From the NCBI GenBank assembly GCA_964651815.1, contig CAZYWG010000012.1:1-56373 (forward strand): DNA of 56,373 nt. The letters are read 5' to 3'. The notes below the pieces were generated by a model that had not been told where the DNA came from, did no database searches, and worked only from the letters and a program-made list of their open reading frames with translations. Of the stretch, positions 49,701-56,373 are shown one piece after another. The position numbers and the translations under genes were made by a program. The stretch's first letter is position 1; every line of letters starts with the position of its first letter. The stretch is from an uncultured Gammaproteobacteria bacterium. Lineage in GTDB: Bacteria; Patescibacteriota; Microgenomatia; Levybacterales; GWA1-39-11.

Positions 49701-52700
49701 CTGTTTTGTCAACTGTAACTGGTACTGCCAATCAAATAAATGTCGCGAACGGATCCGGATCAATCACTCTATCTACTCCTCAAGATATTAACACAACTTC
49801 AGCCCCAACCTTTGCAGGGCTAAATCTTAATGGAACCCTAACTCTTGCCAATGCTTCTACAATTGATAATTCTTCAGCCGGAACATTTACGTTTGGCAGA
49901 GGCACAGCGGGAGCTATAACTCTTACTTCCCAAAACAATGGGGCGAATGCAGATTTAATAATTGAGCCATCAGGAGTTGGAACACTTACTCTTGGGAGCA
50001 ACACAACGCCTGTTGTTAATATAACGACGTCCGGCACTGGAGACAGCGCATTAGTTTTACCGGACCAGTCTGTTTCAGGGACCGAGATTACAAATGACAC
50101 AATAACCACAACTCAACTTGCGCAAGCGCTCACCTTTTCAAGCGGCGACCTGCTTGACCTTTCAGCTATAGACCACACAACAGCTACTCCTCAGGGTTTA
50201 ATTCTGCCAAATGTTTCCTCTCTTACTCCTACCAGTCCAAATGCGGGTGAAGGCTATGTTGCATATGACGCAACTGACAAACAGGTGATATTTTACAATG
50301 GAACAATTTGGGATACTTTAGCCTCAGGAACTAGTGCCTCAAAATGGACGGAGGATTCACTAAATAACATCCTCTACCCTAACAATGTTGGGAGAAATCT
50401 TTCTTTGAGTGCCACGCTTGTTTCTCCATTTTCAGTTGACTATGCTAACAATAAAGTACGAGTTGGTAATGGCGCTGGGACTAATGGAACAATAGCTCTT
50501 TATGCTTCTAACGCTGCCACCGGAAGTTTAATTTATAATACATCCGACCAATTTGAATTTTCTGGTGGAGATGTAAAAGTAGATAACAACTTAAATGTCA
50601 CTGGAGCAATATCAGGAGCTACAGCCACGAACACTATAAATAATTTAGTCTTAAACGGGACCGGTGGAATTTCAGGTACGTTAACTTCAATTACGCCTTC
50701 TGGATCTTTCACAGTTGGAGACCAAGCTCAAAATATCACTTTGCAAGGTGCAACAACTTCTCTGACTTCAACAGATACGGGCGTTACAAATACATTAACC
50801 TTTGCAACTCCCTCTTCTGGTAACAAAACAATTACAATTCCCAACGCCAGTGGGACAGTTGCAGTGTCGGCGTCCGGCGTAATTTCTGAAGATGCAAGTG
50901 GAAACGTAACATGTCCTAATTGTTTGACAAGCGGCAGCGGAAACCTGACAGGAGTTATTCTTGCACCAAATTCCGCACAATCAGATGCTTCAACCAATAA
51001 TTCTATATTTATTAACAAGACAGGAATTGGAAGTTTGTTAAACCTTACACAAAGTTCTACTCTAGCCGGTGCTTACTCAACAAATGATCTTTTAATTACC
51101 AGAAACTTGACGGGAGGAGTTAACACAAAAGGAGGATCACTTCTTAATTTGTCTGATACATCTTCAGGTAATGGAGCGAACACCGCAACCGGGGTTTTGA
51201 TCACAGAATCAACTCCAGTCGCAAGCGCATTATACACTGGGAATTTTGTAGATTTTCAAAGGGCTGACGTTGCCGCGGGAGCATTGGTTTCTAAATTCTC
51301 TGTTTCAGGAACCGGCAATGTTTTGGCCGCCGGCACAATCAACGGCTTAACAATTACAAATAACGGAACCAACACTTTAAATATTGCAGCTGGAAAAACT
51401 TTGGCAATTAATAATTCTTTAACATTTTCCGGAACGGATGCCACATCATTTACATTCCCTACAACTACAGGTGGAACTGTTTTGACAAACAATGCTCCAT
51501 CACAGTCTATTACTTCAGCGCAAACTTCCGGAACTATATTTAGTACATCCGATTCAACTGCTCTAACAGGGTCAATCACAGGACAGTCCATTTCTCTTAC
51601 CGGGAGCGGCGCGCAAGACCAAACAGGGCTTAAGATTACACTTTCCGGTGCGAGTGGATCCAACTTAAATGCTTTGGTTATAAATAATGGAATTTCTGAC
51701 ACGGCAACTATCTCAAAGGCAGGTGCCGCCTCATTTATTGGAGTGAATTCAAATTCAGGATTAATTCAAGGTACAGGTGGGGAAACAGTAACAGGAACTG
51801 TTAATCTAAATTCTACAGGTGGTGCAGATACAAATCTTGGGAATGGAACTGGAAATGTAACTTTAGGAAATGGGAGTGGAACACTTACTCTTGGAGGATT
51901 TACAACAGATAAAGGACTTCTATTTACAAATGGCTCAGGAGTTGTTTCTCAAACCTTGCAGGGGGGCGCTAACACAGTACTTCACGGAAATGGTTCTACT
52001 GCTCCTTCTTTTTCTGCAGTTGACTTATCTTCTGACACAACAGGAACTCTCCCTGTTAATAAAGGCGGCACAGGGACAACATCTCTAACACAAGATGGTG
52101 TTCTTCTTGGAAATGGGACGTCTGGCGTCTCAACAGCAAACGGAAATCCTTATGAGGTATTACGAATTCCTGGCGCAGGGGGCGCACCAGCTTTTGGGGC
52201 AATTGATTTGTCACAAGGTGCCGCGGTTACCGGTGTTTTGGGTATAAACAATGGTGGCACGGGAGGAACAGCAACGCCAACTTCAGGAGGCATTGCTTAT
52301 GGGACCGGGTCTGCATTTGGTTTTTCAGGAGCAGGTGCTGCAGGACAAGTCCTCCTGTCAGGAGGAGTTGGTAGCCCAACATGGACAACCGGGACACTCG
52401 CACTTGGCCAAAACTTTATTACCGCAGGGTCTTCTGCTTTAACTCTTACAACGGGCGGCTCTCCAACTAATGCTACTCTTCCAACTGGTAATATTACCTT
52501 AGCCGATTTGGAATCCGCTCAAACCTTCACTGGAAACAAAATATTTACGCCGTCAGGAGTTAACGATCTTACTTTAAACCTTGATTCCGACTCTACTTTC
52601 CAAAGAAATTTTTCGTCTGCAATTGATACCGCTTCCGGATCAGCATATTTGATTACTAACGCAGCTTCTAGCGGAACTATTGGCATAATTGGTGAAAATT

Positions 52701-55700
52701 ATTCACTTATTGGTACTGATAATGGCAGTGGAGCTAATACTACAACTGGCATTAACTTTACTAATGTAACATCACACACCAATAATACATTTAATGCAAT
52801 AACATTCGGTACAGGATTAACTAACTTTATTACTTCACCATCAATTAACATTTCAGGTGCGGGCGCAATAACTGGCGCAACTGGAATTTCAACGACAACG
52901 CTTAACACAACAGGTACTGTAACTCACGCTAACCTACCAACATCTGCCGGAACTTCTATTTGTGTGGACGGGTCAAACATTGTTGTTAAATGTAGCGCAG
53001 GGTCTTCAACTGCAACTCTTCAATCGGCCTACGATCTTGGAAATACAATCACAACTTCAGACAGCAGGAATATCTCTTTTACGTTGGCTGATACCGCAAA
53101 TCCTTCATATTTTTCTATAAATAATTTAAGTACTGCTTCTGCTGCGCTAGTCATAAACGACGCGAATGCTGCGACCAACACTTTGCTCGCTCTTCAATCC
53201 AACGGTACAACTACTCTCATGGCTAGCGAGAGCGGTGTGTTGAGTTTGGTTGGAAATAATACTGCAGACTTGACTACCTTCATTCCAGGAAATTCTTTGA
53301 CTATTCAACCAATAGTCACTTCCGTAAATACAGGTACTGGTGGCAATTTAGTACTCAAAGGAGGAGATGAATCCGGGACTACCAACGCAACAGGAGGAGA
53401 CCTTAACATTTCCGGCGGATCGGCACTTGGCGCCTCAGGAACAAGAAATGGTGGAGATGTCAATATTAATGCCGGCTCGGGGGCCACAACAAATGGTCTT
53501 GTTAACATTGGTTTAACAAACACGGACCACATTGTCTTAGGAGGAGCAGGCGTCAATACCGAACTCCCTTCACTCTCTTCTTCAACAGGAAGTGCTTTAT
53601 GTCGTGATTCGGTTACAGGTTACATTGTTGTGTGTTCTGCGGGTTCTTCTTCTGCAACACTGCAATCCGCATACGATCAAGGCGCAACCGCTACAATTCT
53701 TACTTCTAGTAACAGAAGTCTAAACTTAGTACTTGCGGACTCAGCAGTTGATTCTAATTTCTATATAGAAAACCAGGGCACTGCAACTGCTCAAGTCATA
53801 AATGATACAAATAACTTGGTCAATAATACACTCTTTTCAATTCAATCTAATGGTTCACAAAATCTTGGAATTGATGAACTTGGCAATGCAACAACGTCAG
53901 GAAGCCTCACAACAACAGGTAGTGGAACAATTACTTCAGCGGGATTACTTACTGTCCAAGCTGGAGGTGCATCCATAAACGGTGGAATAGTTAATAATAA
54001 TGGAGGGATTACCGGCACGGGCTCACTCCTTGGAGTATCAGATATTGAAGCGTCTGGAGTTGCTACACTATCTGGTGCAGCGCCGATTACACTTTCCAAT
54101 GCCAATCCGGCTATTACTCTTTCAACTCTTGGAACAAATGGAGTCTTAACAATTCAAGATGCAGAAGCCGCTCCTAATACTTTATTGACTTTGACGGATA
54201 ACGGCGCTACAGGGACGCTGGCAGTGACTGGCGCGCTCAACGCGGGAACTAACATTCAAACAGGTGGCACAAACAGGATTGATTCCGGAGGAAATTTAGT
54301 AAATATTGGCACTGTTGCAAGTGGAGCGATAACAACAACTGGATCCTTAACTTTTTCTGGTGTTTCAACTGATATCACTACTGCTTCAAATGAGGATCTG
54401 ACTTTGTTAGCTGCAGGAAACGGATCAATTAACCTAAATGATACTGTGCTACTTGCCGATCCAACTGCATTGACTCAAGGATCAGTTACTCTTTGTAGAA
54501 ATGTTTCGGGGCAAATTGCCACATGTTCTTCAAATGCATTGGGCGTCACATTACAACAAGCATATAACGCCGGCAACACAATTGCAGCTGACAATGCTCA
54601 TGGACACATTGATTTTTCTCTATCTTCAGGCAATAACCGCTCATTCTTATTAACAAATGCCGGAACAGCAACCGACAGCTTTATTATTAATGACACAGAC
54701 AGCGGTGGCACACATAATGCGTTGAATGTAGAATCAGGCGGTACTTCCAAACTTACAATTACAGAACTTGGTGCACTCACAACATCCGGAAATATCTTAA
54801 CAACAGGGTCAGGGACAATCACCTCAGCTGGTGTGTTAACTGTTTCGTCAGGCGGAGCGTCAATCACTGGCGGCATTAACAATAATAATGGTAACATTTC
54901 AAACACTGGGTCAATAACCGGCGCAACTAGTATTACCGCGTCCGGAACTATTCAAGGCGCCAACGTAAATGCAACATCGAATATTGAAACCAGTGGCGTC
55001 AACAGAATTGATACATCGGGAAATTTGGTAAACATTGGCACTGTTGCAAGCGGAGCGATAACTACAACCGGATCTCTAACTTTTTCAGGAGTTTCAACGG
55101 ATATCACAACTCCAGTTGGCTCAAATCAGGATCTGACTTTAACTCCAGACGGCTCAGGAGAAATTATTCTTAGCAACATTGTTAAAGTACCAAACCTTTC
55201 AAGTACCCAAGGTTCAACCATTGTTTGTAAAAACGCAAGCGACGAACTTTCAGACTGTTCACCAAATGCGTCCGGTGTTACATTGCAGCAAGCTTATGAA
55301 GCAGGAAACACAATAGCAGCTGACAATGCTCATGGAAATATTGACTTCTCTCTTGCAGTGGGCAATGCTAGATCATTCTTATTAACTAACGCCGGAACGG
55401 CAACTGATACATTTGTTATTAATGATACTGACAATGGCTCGGCACACAATGCTCTAAAAATTGAATCGGGCGGAACTCCTAATTTCTTGGTTGACGAGTT
55501 GGGGAATGTAACAACAAACGGTTCCGTGGCACAAACTTACTCTACTTCTACAAATAATGACAACGCTTATTTAATTAACCTGACGAACGCGAGTACTGGG
55601 GCTTCTTCCACAACAACAAATGGCCTTAACCTTACACTTTCAAATGCAGTCAACACAAATTCCGCCAACATAATTAACGGAATTAATTTCCCCGCAGCAA

Positions 55701-56373
55701 CAAATAATAATAGTAACGTCATCAATGGAATTAACTTTGCGTCTGCAACCGGATTTACCAAGTTCCTCTCTACCCCATCTATTAACATTTCGAGTGCCGG
55801 TGCAATAACCGGAGCAACAGGCGTTTCGACCACAACGCTTACTGCGTCGTCAACAGAAACCTTTTCTAACCTAACAACAAATAATGGATTATTGTTTACT
55901 AATGGATCCGGTGTAATTTCACAAACTGCTCAGGGAGCTGCAAACACCGTTCTACATGGAAACGGTTCAAGTACTCCAACATTTAGCGCAGTTGATTTGA
56001 CAGCTGATGTTTCAGGAATCTTGCCGGTGGCTCACGGAGGTACAAGTGCTTCGTCAGTTGGCGTTGCAGGTACAATTGCTTATTCAACCGGCTCGGCATA
56101 TGCATTTTCAGGACAAGGACAAACGGGACAAGCACTTCTTTCTGGAAACACCGGCGCGCCCACCTGGACAACCGGCGTTCTTACGCTTGACGGCAACTTT
56201 ACCGTTTCTGGAGCAAATGCGGTTACTCTTGCAACTGGAGTAGGAGGAACAACTGCAACTTTTCCCACAGGTGCAATTACTGTTGCGGATCTTGAAGATA
56301 CACAAACTTTCACGGGTACTAAGACTTTCAATGATATTACTGTTAACGATACAAATGTTTTGTTTACCGGAGG
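43754..56373 (+). CDS. Giant (>4200 aa, 3'-truncated) Gly/Thr/Asn/Ser-rich surface protein with an N-terminal MerR-type HTH and a TM anchor
   Basis: GTG at 43754; the ORF track shows no terminated ORF in this frame, and spot translations at 44162, 50102 and 56342 are in frame. N-terminus LLNLKEASNKLGVSVDVLLKWNEHNILKP; TM TLSILIVFISLFSLGLF; many internal repeats. Confidence 0.88.
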   Translation, partial: MKKDSGPDNQEKLLNLKEASNKLGVSVDVLLKWNEHNILKPTITPNGEIAYTKEQLEHFLKIKNASLETERTGESETIASSEETDLQRKIELDLASKQYVKSRELSIYQKLVKWVGEGFYEDEYIKSYLKSQVRDSLTFTPKFPSTRTLSILIVFISLFSLGLFTQQNRIKFLLDSYQVHSQNASQSKSAVLGAQTSRLKLMGNITFGLPVTIKDNTTLKKNLLVEGKSTFKQNITAPNVIYGIKAGQNITITDQASQIPTISVDLSNAVTSFQGQTGDIQLQPGTDIAIDGLTISDKSTLDTVSSRGECSSCITDGDVANNLTITAGGQIAGEAIKTGVISPNVGGTGLTTYATGDLIFAESPDTLSNLPIGTSGQFLTVGISGLPTWDNIGSFAVAVVKKDNVVISSLTNTLNFSSGDFNPTVSPVGQVNFTLAPTLTSVTGVANNFNLGGDTLSFSASGNLVSSGTNSISVDSGTTGDVNLGNGNNPKAVNIATGAGGNAVNIATDDTTADTINIGSTKDTTTLSGSVTANNLFSNNATITGGTINGTIIGGSAPANGTFTNLTSTGDTTLSSGAGAITSIGNATGTLQIQSSGLQVSTAGGITIPNTETLTVGTIGLSSAGTNALNSGANLVGVFDNLVNSSSNNLQQVLKDLDSSITSAGVSPFTIDTDITYGDFIRPTTNSDNFTLGGDGTIAGSKLFFNATTGNLALGTNNTGSGGLNGALTFYSSGNGVTDATVTTNSTGDLLIQNSNVGIGATPSDTDADNNPFKLEVHGSIGPDVNAVYDLGSPTKQYRNLYLTGQTTSGGNITIANSAPAINFVETDNSNYQFSVQTDNSTFLINNDTTGQSILSASASGNIDFAGGVSSTGCTLINATGDLSCSGNITGTNNGTVGYFSRNNGTWVVSLATNTDSLAIGTANQFTISNTGVLSTTGNISTTGGGTITSNGLLTASNGFTLSSGALNLTATSGALNLTGLLASNISTGANNLLITSGNFNTTATGINSTAIGATSASSGAFTTLSSTGVTNLGTAGASDVNIANTGTGNVSVGNATGTFALTSNGGLNVTTVGDLTGVATLDTITTSATGLGFANTGAITTGAASDLSLTSGTTGAINVDSGTTGAVNIGTGNNAKTINIGTGNGGNAINIATDNTNADVVTIGSGLDTVNILGAVTANNLSSNNVTITGGSINGTTIGAITPLTGAFTTLSANNNVTFTGLGTATGNAVCITGGNLIVKCNGGGGLQTAYDIGNTILTSSGKDIGFTLYDESSDSGVATSFTLRNTGTASAFVINDTNPAVNNSLVIQSNGTTNLTVDEFGNATTSGTIVTTNTTNSTNSTNGALVVSGGTGIGGALNVGSSGTFGSTLTASNGLTQTTGALNLTANSGALTLSGLSASSINTGVNNLIFTSANFNTTANGINSTAIGASTPSTGAFTTLSSTLSTTLSSVGGNVIIGNAGGTFQVASSGFNVTTAGALTGVTSIDTILTTANSLTFAADGTLKTTGANTLTLDSGTTGDVNLGNGNNPKAVNIATGTGGNSVNIATDDTTADTINIASSKDTTTIFGGVTANNLFSNNATITGGTINGTIIGGAAPAAGTFTNLTSTGDTTIGDQTSDKLTINSALQGLNALLFEGATVDGSKTIFAVADPTQNNTITLPNASGTVAVSATGPVALSAVGDISCPTCLVSSNGSSTPVVLAPTSAQNDASTNTSINISKTGVAPLLSLVQGSTLSSNYATTDATINRNITGGVNNIGGTILSLSDTSATSGLNNPTALGITFSTPLASSLYTGNFVNFGRSDVAGGAPVSKFSVGATGNVTAAGTINNATISGGTLSGGTFSAGSVSGGSLTGGTYTATGFTVGGNYTGTINNGGTFNISDGTNTLFTITDAGTQGDVSNIRALTASGTITLSNLVANGPIYTTAGGVLNSEAQLAITRGGTNNSSFVNNSVVYYDGTSLSSLGQATDGQIIIGATGGAPVLSTVTGTANQINVANGSGSITLSTPQDINTTSAPTFAGLNLNGTLTLANASTIDNSSAGTFTFGRGTAGAITLTSQNNGANADLIIEPSGVGTLTLGSNTTPVVNITTSGTGDSALVLPDQSVSGTEITNDTITTTQLAQALTFSSGDLLDLSAIDHTTATPQGLILPNVSSLTPTSPNAGEGYVAYDATDKQVIFYNGTIWDTLASGTSASKWTEDSLNNILYPNNVGRNLSLSATLVSPFSVDYANNKVRVGNGAGTNGTIALYASNAATGSLIYNTSDQFEFSGGDVKVDNNLNVTGAISGATATNTINNLVLNGTGGISGTLTSITPSGSFTVGDQAQNITLQGATTSLTSTDTGVTNTLTFATPSSGNKTITIPNASGTVAVSASGVISEDASGNVTCPNCLTSGSGNLTGVILAPNSAQSDASTNNSIFINKTGIGSLLNLTQSSTLAGAYSTNDLLITRNLTGGVNTKGGSLLNLSDTSSGNGANTATGVLITESTPVASALYTGNFVDFQRADVAAGALVSKFSVSGTGNVLAAGTINGLTITNNGTNTLNIAAGKTLAINNSLTFSGTDATSFTFPTTTGGTVLTNNAPSQSITSAQTSGTIFSTSDSTALTGSITGQSISLTGSGAQDQTGLKITLSGASGSNLNALVINNGISDTATISKAGAASFIGVNSNSGLIQGTGGETVTGTVNLNSTGGADTNLGNGTGNVTLGNGSGTLTLGGFTTDKGLLFTNGSGVVSQTLQGGANTVLHGNGSTAPSFSAVDLSSDTTGTLPVNKGGTGTTSLTQDGVLLGNGTSGVSTANGNPYEVLRIPGAGGAPAFGAIDLSQGAAVTGVLGINNGGTGGTATPTSGGIAYGTGSAFGFSGAGAAGQVLLSGGVGSPTWTTGTLALGQNFITAGSSALTLTTGGSPTNATLPTGNITLADLESAQTFTGNKIFTPSGVNDLTLNLDSDSTFQRNFSSAIDTASGSAYLITNAASSGTIGIIGENYSLIGTDNGSGANTTTGINFTNVTSHTNNTFNAITFGTGLTNFITSPSINISGAGAITGATGISTTTLNTTGTVTHANLPTSAGTSICVDGSNIVVKCSAGSSTATLQSAYDLGNTITTSDSRNISFTLADTANPSYFSINNLSTASAALVINDANAATNTLLALQSNGTTTLMASESGVLSLVGNNTADLTTFIPGNSLTIQPIVTSVNTGTGGNLVLKGGDESGTTNATGGDLNISGGSALGASGTRNGGDVNINAGSGATTNGLVNIGLTNTDHIVLGGAGVNTELPSLSSSTGSALCRDSVTGYIVVCSAGSSSATLQSAYDQGATATILTSSNRSLNLVLADSAVDSNFYIENQGTATAQVINDTNNLVNNTLFSIQSNGSQNLGIDELGNATTSGSLTTTGSGTITSAGLLTVQAGGASINGGIVNNNGGITGTGSLLGVSDIEASGVATLSGAAPITLSNANPAITLSTLGTNGVLTIQDAEAAPNTLLTLTDNGATGTLAVTGALNAGTNIQTGGTNRIDSGGNLVNIGTVASGAITTTGSLTFSGVSTDITTASNEDLTLLAAGNGSINLNDTVLLADPTALTQGSVTLCRNVSGQIATCSSNALGVTLQQAYNAGNTIAADNAHGHIDFSLSSGNNRSFLLTNAGTATDSFIINDTDSGGTHNALNVESGGTSKLTITELGALTTSGNILTTGSGTITSAGVLTVSSGGASITGGINNNNGNISNTGSITGATSITASGTIQGANVNATSNIETSGVNRIDTSGNLVNIGTVASGAITTTGSLTFSGVSTDITTPVGSNQDLTLTPDGSGEIILSNIVKVPNLSSTQGSTIVCKNASDELSDCSPNASGVTLQQAYEAGNTIAADNAHGNIDFSLAVGNARSFLLTNAGTATDTFVINDTDNGSAHNALKIESGGTPNFLVDELGNVTTNGSVAQTYSTSTNNDNAYLINLTNASTGASSTTTNGLNLTLSNAVNTNSANIINGINFPAATNNNSNVINGINFASATGFTKFLSTPSINISSAGAITGATGVSTTTLTASSTETFSNLTTNNGLLFTNGSGVISQTAQGAANTVLHGNGSSTPTFSAVDLTADVSGILPVAHGGTSASSVGVAGTIAYSTGSAYAFSGQGQTGQALLSGNTGAPTWTTGVLTLDGNFTVSGANAVTLATGVGGTTATFPTGAITVADLEDTQTFTGTKTFNDITVNDTNVLFTG

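Noticed and set aside
44378-56331. Many minus-strand Val/Ala/Pro-rich ORFs (up to 401 aa) and short plus-strand ORFs
   Set aside because: Shadow frames of the Thr/Gly/Asn-rich giant gene; no independent motifs.

Overview
Bacterial chromosomal window using genetic code 11. Gene style and content suggest a Patescibacteria/CPR (Microgenomates-like) genome, which is an inference. The left third holds housekeeping genes (tRNA-Pro, tRNA-Arg, ndk, M16 peptidase, argS, galU, secE-nusG-rplK-rplA, era) interleaved with orphan ORFs and short palindromic repeats. The middle holds alpha-glucan and sugar genes (GalT-like, glgA, glgP, two multi-domain GH130 genes), a complete cytochrome bo3 oxidase operon (cyoABCDE) flanked by two-component parts, and a tRNA-Trp locus. 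At that locus a complete tRNA-Trp sits inside the anticodon loop of a second, covarying tRNA-Trp. The right part is an atypical F1Fo-like ATPase operon (c-like fusion, b, delta, alpha, gamma, beta, short epsilon). It has no subunit a, and its c-like hairpin lacks the ion-binding carboxylate and is fused to a signal-peptide-exported domain. It is followed by a 1.1 kb AT-rich gap, a MerR-HTH membrane protein, and a MerR-HTH-headed giant surface protein of more than 4200 aa that runs off the window. The strongest novelty candidates are the ion-uncoupled F-type ATPase next to the giant adhesin-like protein, the nested tRNA-Trp, and a CyoB lacking the K-pathway Thr/Lys. All family assignments come from motif recognition by eye; no database searches were run.
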